DNA of 62,000 nt from Octopus vulgaris (Eukaryota), in assembly GCA_951406725.2 (NCBI GenBank), contig OX597818.1, positions 27,858,001 to 27,920,000 of the forward strand. The letters run 5' to 3'. Within the stretch, counting starts at the first letter, position 1. Each line of letters begins with the position of its first letter. The notes beneath the pieces are model-generated. The model was given only the letters and a program-made list of their open reading frames with translations. It did no database searches and was not told where the DNA came from. The translations under genes and the position numbers were made by a program. Below, piece by piece: positions 1-10,922 of the stretch.

Positions 1-185
1 TTTACGTGTCACCGGCACGGGGGCCAGGCGAGGCTGGCAATGGACACGAACGGATGGTGCTTTTACGTGCCACCGACACGGGGCCAGACAGAGCTGGCAA
101 ACGGCCACGAACGGTGGTGCTTTTACGTGTCACCGGCACGGGGCCAGGTGAGGCTGGCAACAGACACGAACGGATGGTTCACTTA
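1..185 (-). repeat. Three ~60-bp tandem units of the RTE 3'-UTR-related repeat family
   Basis: Period of about 60 nt (ggtgcttttacgtg..accggcacgggg); reverse complement of units at 17200-17660. Confidence 0.75.
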
Positions 186-204
186 ACCACTGCTTTCTGA
201 TATA

Positions 205-242
<38 letters not shown>

Positions 243-254
243 GTATATGTATAT

Positions 255-634
255 ACCTATATTTATATTTCGTTTTTGGATTTGGTTTGCAAGATATTTT
301 ATATGAGTTCGTGTGTTGAACCATATTCTGTTGTGTCTGGGGTGAGTCATTTTCTTTTTGTGCCTTATAATGTAACACACTCACCAGTAAAATTTCCACT
401 TATGTCTTATTTTTATTTTCCTAAAATTTTCGTTGGGTCTTGCAACCTTTTCAATAGTCTTGACTCTAATTTCTCAGAGATGGATGATGTTTATGTCAGT
501 GTTTCAAGGAAAGCTATTGTATAGGTTGCAAGATACAACGAAAATTTTAGGAAAATAAGATAAATGGAAATTTTTCTGGTGAATGTTCTACATTATAAGG
601 CACAAAAAGAAAATGACTCTCTCCAGTCACAACA

Positions 635-635
<1 letters not shown>
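255..635. repeat. Inverted pair of an interspersed repeat (arms ~328-458 and ~513-635) around exon A1
   Basis: Arms are near reverse complements; a third copy of the family lies at ~40950-41150. Confidence 0.8.
478..519 (+). pseudogene. Disrupted micro-exon A1: EMDDVYVSVSRK(AI), donor replaced by an inserted repeat
   Basis: ctcag acceptor intact; no GT at the homologous position; the sequence from 513 matches the end of the inverted repeat copy. Confidence 0.65.
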
Positions 636-691
<56 letters not shown>

Positions 692-1099
692 TACATACAT
701 ATATATACATATACATATATATATGTTTCTTTTACATGTTTTAGCCCTATGGCTGTGGCCATGCTGGGGTTCTTTTCTCATTTTCCATCTACCAAATACA
801 CTCACACAGCTTTCGTCGGCCCATGCTCATTGTAGGATACACATGCTGTGAGACTGATCCCAGAACAATGTGTTTCAGAAGTGGATATCTTATGACAAAT
901 ATACACCTGAAAAGCATTGAGAATGGCAAAATTTCATAACATGTACCAGCAACCTCTGGTAAACATTCCTACTCAGTTTTGATATTTTACCCTTTTATTG
1001 GTCCTTACCTTTAATAATGCAATATATAAGACAAACGCAACCAGTTTCAGCTGACTCCCTCCTAACCTAACATTGGAATATCCATATTTTTGCTACACT

Positions 1100-2095
1100 G
1101 CTTGAATCTACATCATTCGATGACCATAATGCTTATTCTTACTATGCTGCTAACCCCAGCTCTTACCTCCAGTAGGGGCCACAATCTTAACATACCTGAA
1201 TGCTTGAATGTTGTCAGGTGGAAGAGAGAACAGATGAAGCATGCTTAAGAAACAAACACCACAAGAACCCACTTCTTTTCAGGTGCTGAATAACATCCCT
1301 CCTACCCAATACTTACTACACATTCGCTTCCCAGTTTTCAGAGTTGGCACTGTCAATGTTGGCACACTGAAAGGGAGGTCTAGCGAGATTGTAGAGATGC
1401 TTGAAAGGTTGATGTATGCTGCATACAAGATGTAAGATGGAGTGGAGCTTCAGCTAGGGTCCTCACAGGCAAGGCACATAGGTATAAAGTTTTCTGGCAA
1501 GGTAACATGGATGGTGTAGGGGGTGTAGGCATAATCCACACAGAGAAATGGGTGGATAAGGTCATAGAGGTTGCTAGGGTGTGTGATAGAGTGCTTAAGC
1601 TCAGGCTAGTCCTGCAGAACAGCACAGCTACAATTATCTCTGCCCCACGTGTGGGGCTAGCAAATGATCAGAAGGACCACTTTTATGATACCCTTCTACA
1701 GGCTACCTCAAAGAGGAGTAGCAACGACCGCATCTTTGTGGTTGGAGACTTTAATGGGTATGTTGGGTGGGAATCTGGTATCTTCACTGGGGTACATGGT
1801 GGCCATGGTATTGGCACCCGAAACGATGAGGGAACCAGGCTACTGGAGTTCTGTGATGCATGTAACCTTTTAATCTGCAACACTAACTTCAGGAAGCCAG
1901 ACAGCCACCTTATAACCTATCAATCAGGGGATTCTGTTAGCCAGCTTGATTTCATTCTCATCAGACAGCAGGACACAGGGCTGCTCTTAAATACAAAGAT
2001 CCTCCCAGATGAAGAATGTGCCCCCCAGCATAGGCTAGTCATTAGTGACTTTAGGCTGGAGGCCAGAAGGATACCAAGAAACAGACCAATCTGCT
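1100..2095 (+). mobile_element. RTE-clade LINE 5' fragment (AP endonuclease)
   Basis: VGTVNVGTL, VGDFNGYVG, NDEGTRLLEFC, SQLDFILIR, QHRLV motifs. Confidence 0.85.
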
Positions 2096-2206
2096 GTATA
2101 TAAAGTAAGTCCTGAAGTTGACTTTCTATTTTCTGTGCAATATCAATATATTTAAGAACTATCTCCCCAAACAATAAAAATGCCCACTTTTATTTCACTT
2201 TTAAAG

Positions 2207-2266
2207 CTGAGAGAGAGCAAGATGCTGAAGATAATGAGCCCAAATATTTACCTATGAAACACCCAG
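2207..2266 (+). CDS. Micro-exon B1 (60 nt, phase 1-1) of tyrosine-motif tail gene: (A)EREQDAEDNEPKYLPMKHP
   Basis: ttttaaag acceptor, CAG|gtaagt donor, open frame; homologous copies at 2765, 8613 and 10577. Confidence 0.75.
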
Positions 2267-2764
2267 GTAAGTACAATCAATATTGTTAGTACATAGCATG
2301 ATCTTTAAAATGATCTTAAAGAAAAACCAACAATCATGAAATGTATATTCTCATTTAGTCTTTTAACATATTTCTACATGCATACATGTGTGTGTGAGTG
2401 TGTTGAGTATCCAAAGTTACTCCTGCTTGTGGATTACTCTAGCAAGACAGAAGCCTTAGAAAGAATCCAATTTCTATAAATGTATTTGTGAGTGGCTACA
2501 TCATCATTTTTAATTATCAGTTTAAATATTGAAGTGATGGTATGAGTATAATACTGTACTAAACATTGATGGAATAAAAATTAGTGTCAGTACATTCTGA
2601 GATCAAAACCTATTGAGGTGAGAGACTCATAGATAAAGTACTAAGCTTAAGAAAGTATATAAGATTAGTCCTGGTGTTGACTTATTACTTTCTGTGCAAT
2701 ATCAATATATTTAAAACATTATCTCCAAAAAATAAAGATGCCCATTTTTATTTCATTTTTAAAG

Positions 2765-2806
2765 CTGAAGATAGTGAACCTAGATATTTATGCATGAAAC
2801 ACTCAG
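2765..2806 (+). pseudogene. Dead micro-exon B2: AEDSEPRYLCMKHS
   Basis: 18-nt deletion relative to B1; donor reads gaaagt instead of gtaagt. Confidence 0.65.
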
Positions 2807-3050
2807 GAAAGTATTATCAATATTGTTAGTATATAGTATGATCTTCAAAATGATCTTAAAGAAAAACCAACAATCATGAAATGTATATTCTCTTTTAGTC
2901 TGTTAACATATTTCTACATACATATATGTGTGTGTGAGTGTGTTTGAGTCTATCTCATTATTGTTTATTATGGCAATATAACAACAATACTAACATGATA
3001 TAAATGTAATTTATAGCCATGTTTTAAATTCTTGCATTAATGTCTTAAAG

Positions 3051-3092
3051 ACATGGATGATGTTTTTGTCAGTGTTTCAAGGAAACCTGATG
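3051..3092 (+). CDS. Micro-exon A2 (42 nt): DMDDVFVSVSRKPD
   Basis: cttaaag acceptor, ATG|gtaaat donor; homologous to 478, 8884, 10881, 14560. Confidence 0.7.
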
Positions 3093-3289
3093 GTAAATGC
3101 ATAAGTAATCCATAAAAAAATTACATGCACTGGAGCAAGAGTTAGCAAATATCATGGTTCAGTGTTTCATTGAGTAGTATAGTCAGTTTAATGTATGCCT
3201 TTTATCATTTACTTGCCTCAGTCATTGCACTGCAGCAATGCTAATGCCTCACCTTGAAGGGTTTAGTTCAACAAATATTGGTTTCTCAT

Positions 3290-3600
3290 GCCAGACTGCT
3301 AAACTCTCTTGATATAAACAAACCAACATCCATTGTCAAGTGGTAGTGGCAGTGGACAAACACAAAGACATATATATACATACATACATACATACATACA
3401 TACATACATACATACATACATACAAATAGATAGATAGATATAGATATAGACACACACACTCGAAAGGCTTCTTACAGTTTCCATCAACATAATCTTTTCA
3501 CAAGGCTTTCATCTGCCCAGGATACAGTAAAATACTCTCATAGTGGGACTGAACCCAGATCATGTGTTTCAAAAGAAAGTTTCTTACCACATGGTCACAC
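3290..3600 (-). mobile_element. tRNA-derived SINE copy
   Basis: Matches copies at 14225-14395 and 34075-34440. Confidence 0.6.
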
Positions 3601-4469
3601 CTGCGAAATTTTTAAGAATGGAAAAAATTTCATTGGATATAAAACAAATTTCTTGCAGAAATTCATATCTAATTCTCATATTTTAGGCTTTTATTAATCC
3701 CAAATTGTGAGTTCCACCCACATGCAACAAAACTTCTCACATGCCCTACCCCAACAAACCAACCTACATCTCTACATCTCTTCTCTTTTTTTAGTATTTT
3801 TGTTGCTTTTGTAAAATCTACATCTCATTTCCTTCTTCATAAACTATGCCTAACTCTCACTCCTCAATCCTGTCCTCACGGCCCTCTTCCTCTGTATCAT
3901 GGCTATCCGGTAGCCCTCCCAACTCTATATATATACCCAGTTTTCATCAACCACTCCCTTCCTCCACACTCAATAATCCCTCTTCCTTTGCAATATCTTG
4001 CCACGTATATTATGACATTTGAACCTCTAGGTTATGGCATGGCACATGCCACCATCTATATCTCTCACTTCCTTTACGCAATCATCCCATTTATATTCTA
4101 ATCCCCATTCGTTGTGAGTATGCCTAGCATTTCACCACCATCTCTATCCTGCTGTCTTCAGTGCACCTGCTTTTCTCTTCATTTCTGATTTCTGTCTGTC
4201 TGTCTCTCTCTCTCTGGCCGGGTAAACTTGTATCTCCTCTATAACTAGACACCTTTTTCTGTCTCTCTGTAACCTTTGTAACTCATTAATCATCCATGAA
4301 CTCAAAATGGCTAATTAGGTCAAGTTTTTTATTTGTGAAAAACTGTTGTTTTGAATTTGCTGTAGAAAGTGGTCTGCATTTGTGGTGTTGTGTAAGTTTG
4401 GGGGTGCTAGGAATGTGGCTCCATCATCAAGGGGGCAGCAGCCCGAAAAAGTTTAGGAACCACTGCTCT

Positions 4470-4640
4470 AAAGCAAAGAGCAGTAATGTTTTAATATGGA
4501 GTTAAGTTTATATCCAATCATAGAGTGACCAGTGGTTTCACATCCACTAGCCCCATGGATGACTTGTCAGAATCTAAAGCCCAAGACAAATATAATTCTT
4601 CAACTCTGGGAGGCAGGAATCCATTACAGTCAGTTAGTTT
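4470..4640 (+). pseudogene. Degraded paralogue of the exon C region
   Basis: Aligns by eye with 18775-18950; the donor position reads acaaat. Confidence 0.5.
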
Positions 4641-4747
4641 AATAAGTAACCAAAAAATAAACAATCTGTGTCAGCAAGGATGGGTTATCCCCCTTACACC
4701 AGTTCATCAGCTATTGGTTCTTGGCCTGGAGATGTTCTATCTGGTGT

Positions 4748-5148
4748 CTCTTCTTCTTCTTCTTCTTCTTCTTCTTCTTCTTCTTCTTCTTCTTCTTCTT
4801 CTTCTTCTTCTTCTTCTTCTTCTTCTTCTTCTTCTTCTTCTTCTTCTTCTTCTTCTTCTTCTTCTTCTTCTTCTTCTTCTTCTTCTTCTTCTTCTTCTTC
4901 TTCTTCTTCTTCTTCTTCTTCTTCTTCTTCTTCTTCTTCTTCTTCTTCTTCTTCTTCTTCTTCTTCTTCTTCTTCTTCTTCTTCTTCTTCTTCTTCTTCT
5001 TCTTCTTCTTCTTCTTCTTCTTCTTCTTCTTCTTCTTCTTCTTCTTCTTCTTCTTCTTCTTCTTCTTCTTCTTCTTCTTCTTCTTCTTCTTCTTCTTCTT
5101 CTTCTTCTTCTTCTCCTTCTTCTTCCTCCTCCTCCTCCTCCTCCTCCC
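4748..5148. repeat. ~400-bp (TTC)n/(TCC)n tract, tail of the adjacent SINE
   Basis: Directly visible; explains the poly-L/S/F/E/K ORFs. Confidence 0.95.
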
Positions 5149-5149
5149 C

Positions 5150-5630
5150 CAATCAGGATTCATGCCATTAGCCTCAAAGAATAATCTCTAATTCGAGCCT
5201 GCTCTAAGCTACTAAGAATGCATGTGGCAACTTGAAGATCCACCCACCACACGCGATAGCTGGTGGTTGCACGGGCGCGAAAGCTACGTTGTTATCCTCA
5301 TTCTGTAAACAGTGGCTTTTAACAGGTGGAGAGCTGAACCATCCTGGGGTACAGAAGATTTACAATCTAGACTAGGGTCTGAAAGTTTACCACACCATAG
5401 TGGGTTATACCATGGTTCCTCTGCTTTGTGGCTTAAGTAGGAAGAAAGAGTGAGAGAAAGTTGTGGTGAAAGAGTACAGCGGGGTCCCCACCCCACCTCT
5501 CCGGAGCCTCGTAGAGCTTAGGTGTTTTTGCTCAATAAACACTCACAATGCTCAGTCTTGGGATTGAAACCGCGTTCTTACGATCGTGAGTCCACTGTCC
5601 TAACCACTGGGCCATTGCGCCTTCACTCTT
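5150..5630 (-). mobile_element. tRNA-derived SINE with (GAA)n tail
   Basis: Minus-strand head GGCGCAATGGCCCAGTGGTTAGG...GGTTTCAATCCC (A/B boxes). Confidence 0.7.
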
Positions 5631-7300
5631 GCTGGTGTTGCTGGAGCTGCCATCAATGTTGTTATCATCAGTGCTCTTGTGGTGATCATCTGTGGATGTG
5701 GTGTAAATACTGCTGTCACTGATGGTGATGTGGGTGCCATTGTTTGTTACACTAGGCATGGGGTTGGTAGTCTCACTGATGCTGCTTTTTGTTGGCGTGG
5801 TCATCATCTTCAGCTATAGTGCTGCTGCTGGGCTCATTGGTGCAATTGCTGGAGTTTCTTCCACTGTTGCTGCTACTGTTACTGTTGTCATTGATGTTGT
5901 TGGACATCCATTGCTGCTATTACTATGGTTGCTAAGTGTTTGAGTATTACCACAGATTCACTGATGACTCCCTTGGCCTCGCATCCCCCCCTCCCGGGGA
6001 AGTCATTGTACTCCCTGAAAGAATAACTGGCCAGGGGAACAGTACTGTACAATAAAGATTTGACATGGGTGAAGCAATTCAACCCTGAGAGCTCCTTCAA
6101 TAGGTGATGGGAACCTACAACAGCACCAATGTATGTGATCTCATTGGAATGTACATTCTGGATACCTTAGGAAAGAAGTTCTCTTTGTTCATTTTTGGTC
6201 TCTGCAGAGATGATGCTCTGGCCATCTTTAGAGGAGCCAAAGAGCACACACTTGATAGGCTTAGAAAGGACCTGATTAGCACCTTAGGCTCCATGGGACT
6301 CAAAATTACTACTGAGACTAACATCACCACCATAGACATCCTTAGATATTTCTCTAGATATACACACAGGCCCTACCACATGCCAAACGAGAGGCTTTCC
6401 TACATCTACACAGCTTCCTACCCACTCCCTATTGTGTTCAAGAACCTAGTGAAGGGTGTTAGCAAGATCTCGAAATTATCCTCAAGTCAAGAAAGTTTCG
6501 ACACTGCAGCCCCATATTACAATGAGGAACTGGCATTCAGTGAGTTTAAGGACTGCATCACCTACATACTGGACTCTAGCACCAATAAAAGAAAGTGCCA
6601 CTGGAGCATCGTTTGGTTTGCTCTACTTCCCTTATTCAATGTCAAGATTTGTGTGGGAAGAATATTCCTCAGGTTAGTAGACAAACACTTCATGCAGACA
6701 CTCAGGTATAGATGTTTGTTCAATAGGCACAACCTAAGGGTCTCCTTTAGTTGCACACCCAACATGAAAAGTATATTAGCAAATACCTATAAAATGTGGG
6801 AGGAGTTGGTTGCTCTAGCAGGGAACACAATGACTGTCCAGAGGAGGGGGACAATGTGAGGCTGAGGGAGTCATTTATGAGGCTATGGTGGTACTCAGAC
6901 CTAGCAACCATAGTAATAGCAGCAACAGCTCGTTCAAAACATTAACAGCAACAGCAGCAGCAACAGTGGAAGAAACACTAGTACCAATGCGAACGAACCC
7001 AACACCAGCACTATGGCTGGAGGTTATGACCATGCCGACACCAGCAATACCAGCGGGGCTACTGGCCCCACACTTAGTATTCTCAACATCATCATTTGCG
7101 ACAACAGCACCAATGCCATGTCCAAAGATGATCACCACAATAACAACAGCTGCTGTGATATTGCCAAACACGTGCTTTGTAATGATAACAGCACTGATGG
7201 CAGCTCCAGCAACACCAGCAGCAACAACAACATTTCCATGCCCAGAGCCAACTGAAGATGTACCAGAAATGTGAACACAACCAACGCTCATGCCTGGAAA
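5625..7300 (+). mobile_element. Penelope-like element fragment (RT/thumb, ORF 6104-6859) with 3' low-complexity region and an inverted 5' copy of it
   Basis: MGTYNSTNVCDLIG..CRDD..LKITTETN motifs; 5625-5990 is an inverted homologue of ~6850-7250; related element at 19230-20030 (-). Confidence 0.65.
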
Positions 7301-7978
7301 TTGCTATAAGAATGCAAAATTATGTAGCTTAATATGTACCAAAAACACATGTGAGCTCCATCTTTATCCTTTATGACTTCAGATCAAGTGCACAAGTGCA
7401 TTCACATAGCCAGCAGCAAATAATAGATTTAAACTGTGTCTTATATGGTTTCAGAATTAGGAAAATTTTACTGTGTAAGTTAAGGGAGTAAAAAATTAGA
7501 ATAATTTATTACCAGTGGTGCACGTGCATACTAAAAGTCATAAGACCACACATTTTCATATATAAGAGTGTATGGAAATTTATACAGAGAGAAGACCCTT
7601 GAGAGGACTTACTTATGGATTCTTTTTGTGATCCCACCGATGAACTACGAATGACAAATTAATTCATTTGCTCATTAATAGGGAAGCTTGAGTATGAGAT
7701 TAACTACTATTTTTTTTTCTTTGGTTCTATTCATTCTAGTGCCATTATCAACATGCCTTTAGAATTTTTTTTTCATGGTTTGGGCTTAACTGCCTCTTTT
7801 AGCATGTAAGAAGTCCTGTCAAGGGACTTCTCTTTGTGTATAAATCTTTATACACTCCTTTATATATATATATAATTAATCCAAAAAAATTAAGGAAAAC
7901 ACAAGAAGAGAAAAACAACAACACGGGGATGTGTTACATGTAAAGTATTAAAAGACGCTCAGGGAAGGAAAGAAAGGT

Positions 7979-8015
7979 TGTTTTAAGTTTCAAGCAAAGC
8001 TCTTCTTCAGAAACA
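7979..8015 (-). ncRNA. Minimal type I hammerhead-like motif (degenerate)
   Basis: Minus strand: UGUUU CUGAAGA A GAGC UUU GCUU GAAAC UUA AAACA; second copy at 57309-57344. Confidence 0.45.
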
Positions 8016-8261
8016 GGAGACAGAGGAAAGTCCAAGAGAAAAGGAAGACAGAAGAAACAATTTGCCAATAATTCATGCTACATGAGGTTTTGGTTGAACT
8101 GAGGCTATAGAAGAAAATGGAGTGGGACTGAACTGGAGCCATGTGGTTAGATAGCAAGATTGTTACCACACATCAAGGGCTGCATCTATGCATGTTTATA
8201 CAAAAAAATATATAATTTTTTTTTCCACTTCTTTCTATGCAATATCAAACAACGAATATGC

Positions 8262-8597
8262 CTAATTACCTCTGCCTTAGCAAAGGCAGAGGTATTGTTT
8301 TTAGTAGCATTTGTTTGCTTGTTTGTTTGTCCATGGACAAGATATCTCAAGAACTACTGGATGGATTCAGGAATGTTTGGTCTCATGACTAGCATGAACT
8401 GAGTAGATTTTGGGATTAATCTGGTACCAGACAAGGATTCTGGATTATTTTTCTGGTTTTTCTTTTACTTAATTTTTGAGAGTGGTTGGGTTCATTTTTA
8501 GCTTTCTCATTTGTGAGAGCAGTCAAGCTTATTTCAGATATTCTCATTTTAAAAATCATCTCTGACTAATTGTTGAGAGGACATTGGTGTTACCTTG
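8262..8597 (+). mobile_element. Non-autonomous Helentron/DINE-like element, 3'-truncated
   Basis: 5' hairpin acctctgccttagcaaaggcagaggt; similar 5' end at 36893; family assignment from recalled architecture. Confidence 0.45.
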
Positions 8598-8612
8598 TTT
8601 TTGATACTTTAG

Positions 8613-8666
8613 AAGAGCAACATGCTAAAGTAAGTTATCCTGAATACTTATGCATGAAAGTACCAG
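8613..8666 (+). CDS. Micro-exon B3 (54 nt): EEQHAKVSYPEYLCMKVP
   Basis: tactttag acceptor, CAG|gtaata donor, open phase 1-1 frame. Confidence 0.65.
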
Positions 8667-8883
8667 GTAATAACTGTCAATATTGTTAGTACACAGCATG
8701 ATCTTAGAAATCATCTTGAATAAAGACAGAAAGCTAACAATTATGAAATGCATCACACTGGAAATTTTGCCTATCAATGCATGTGTTTGTATGTGAGTGT
8801 GTTTATTATGGTAGTATCTGCACAATATTAACATAGTATTTATTTATAACCATGTATTTAATTCTATTTTTAATTTTTTAAAG

Positions 8884-8925
8884 ACAAGGACAGTGTTTAT
8901 GTTAATGTTTCAAGGAACTCTGGTG
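8884..8925 (+). CDS. Micro-exon A3 (42 nt): DKDSVYVNVSRNSG
   Basis: tttttaaag acceptor, GTG|gtaagt donor, open frame. Confidence 0.8.
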
Positions 8926-9168
8926 GTAAGTACAAAAGCAATCCATTAATAACATTACATTCATTAGAGCAAGAGTTAGCAAATGCCTTGGTTCATTCTT
9001 TCTTTGAGCAATAGGAAGCTTTATATATGTCTTTTATTTTTTACTTGTTTCAGTCATGGTACTTTGGCCATGCAGAAGTACTGTCTTGAAGGGTTTAGTC
9101 CATCAAATCTACTCAAGTACTTATTCTATTGGTTTCTTTTGCCTAACTGCTATGGCAGACAGACAGAC

Positions 9169-9237
<69 letters not shown>

Positions 9238-9240
<3 letters not shown>

Positions 9241-9580
9241 TCATCATCATCATTGTTTAACATCCGCTTTCCATGCTAGCATGGGTTGGATGATTTGACT
9301 GAGGACTGGCAAACCAGATGGCTGCACCAGGCTCCAATCTGATCTGGCAGAGTTTCTACAGCTGAATGCACTTCCTAACGCCAACCACTGTGAGAGTGTA
9401 GTGGGTGCTTTTATGTGCCACTGGCACAAAGGCCAGTCCAGCGGCACTGGCAATTACCTTGCTCAAATATTTTGTTCACGTGCCAGTAAGGCGACACTGG
9501 TAATGATCACACTCAAATGGTGCTTTTTACATGCCACCAGCACGGAAGCCAGTGAGCTGCTCTGGCAATGATCATGCTCA
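9238..9580 (-). repeat. RTE 3'-end-related repeat with (GAT)n tail
   Basis: Matches 17200-17660; other copies at ~18410-18770, 21140-21585, 36230-36500, 43183-43450, 45985-46392. Confidence 0.75.
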
Positions 9581-10576
9581 TCTATATGTATATATATTCT
9601 TTTTTTATTGATATATAATGGTTTTCTTTCAGCTTCTTGTCATTGGCTCAGGGCTGTAGTAAATTACACTATTACACTTGCATAAGGTGTTTCACAGTGG
9701 AAATGAACCACACAGCTACACCTGCAAAACTTTGAAAATGTTAAAATTTCATAGCATATGCAATACAATTCTTGCAGACATTCCTATTTAACTCTGATAT
9801 TTTACCTTTTTGTTAAACTTTACCCTTAATATTGCAGTTCATAAGCATATATTTTTAAACCTTTATTCATATGAATAAACCAAATAATCATGTAACTAAT
9901 ATCGAATTCTGTGGATGTTTGCCTAGACATGAAACACAAAGTATGGAAGAAATTTGCTATGGGGAATGTGATCAACTGTTGTTGTTGAGTATTCAAAGTC
10001 ACTCCTGCTTATGAATTACCCTAACAAGAAAGTAATTTAAGAAGGAATTTTTATTTCTGTGAAGGTATTTGTTAATGGTATCTCTTAATGATAACATTGT
10101 CACCTTTAAATATCAGTTGAATATTGAAGTGATGGAAATACCCTACCAAATATTGACATAATCAACTTTAGTGACAGCGCATTCTGAGATCAAATCCTAC
10201 TTTTACCTAATTAATAGCACTTTGCTTATGAAATAGAATTTTTAGTGCCATTTTACTGAGGAACCCTTTTTCTAAACTCTAACTTTGAAATGGCACATTA
10301 ACCAAAATTGCCTTAGTCCTTTTGTTCATACCAAATAAATTTCTTAGGTAATATTTATCTTTTTACAATATGTGAATGAGAGGATAAAGGACCTCTATTG
10401 TACATGAACTTCTACTGGATTTAGATAACTTCTGTTTCTAAATTCATGTTTCTATATAAAATATATATATATATATATATATACATGCTACTATCTGTGC
10501 CACTTACAAAATATTTAGAACATCCTCTCCAAATAATAAATGTACCCATATTTCATTTAATTTCTCGATGCTGTAG

Positions 10577-10630
10577 AAGAACAACATGCTGAAGTTAATG
10601 AACCAGAATATCTTTGTATGGAAGAACTGG
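10577..10630 (+). CDS. Micro-exon B4 (54 nt): EEQHAEVNEPEYLCMEEL
   Basis: ctgtag acceptor, TGG|gtaagt donor, open frame. Confidence 0.75.
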
Positions 10631-10880
10631 GTAAGTAGAATCAATATTGTTAGTACACAACATGTTCTTAGAAATAATCTTAAATAAAAACAGAAAGCTA
10701 ACAATAATGAAATGTATCACTCACTCTTTGTCTGTTAACATATGTGTATATGCATGTATGTGTGTGTAAGTGTTTTTGATTTTATCTCATTAGTGTTTAT
10801 TATGGTAGTATCAATACAACATTAACATAATATAAATGTTAGTTGTAGCTGTTTTTAATTCTTTTTTGAATTTCTTAAAG

Positions 10881-10922
10881 ACATGGATGATGCTCATGTC
10901 AGCATTTCAAAGAAACCCGGAG
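10881..10922 (+). CDS. Micro-exon A4 (42 nt): DMDDAHVSISKKPG
   Basis: ttcttaaag acceptor, GAG|gtaagt donor, open frame. Confidence 0.75.

Noticed and set aside
1-185. Regular ~60-bp repeats resembling a CRISPR array
   Set aside because: No unique spacers; the units belong to the 3' UTR repeat of an RTE-related family seen many times in the window.
130-851. YIYIYI/HTHT-type ORFs here and throughout the window
   Set aside because: Translations of (TA)n, (CA)n and (TACA)n microsatellites.
4525-5191. Long ORFs with poly-Leu/Ser/Phe/Glu/Lys
   Set aside because: Translations of the (TTC)n tract.
5522-5630. tRNA-like sequence
   Set aside because: A/B boxes only, continuing into a SINE body and tail; no complete cloverleaf.
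6875-7291. Ala/Thr/Val-rich ORFs on both strands (also 5522-5943, 13534-14002, 19207-19598)
   Set aside because: Low-complexity terminal regions of PLE copies, not host mucin-like exons.
7455-7474. Possible 20-nt exon (tttcag|...|gtaagt, ELGKFYC)
   Set aside because: Good splice sites, but it breaks the phase 1-1 chain and has no paralogue; needs RNA evidence.
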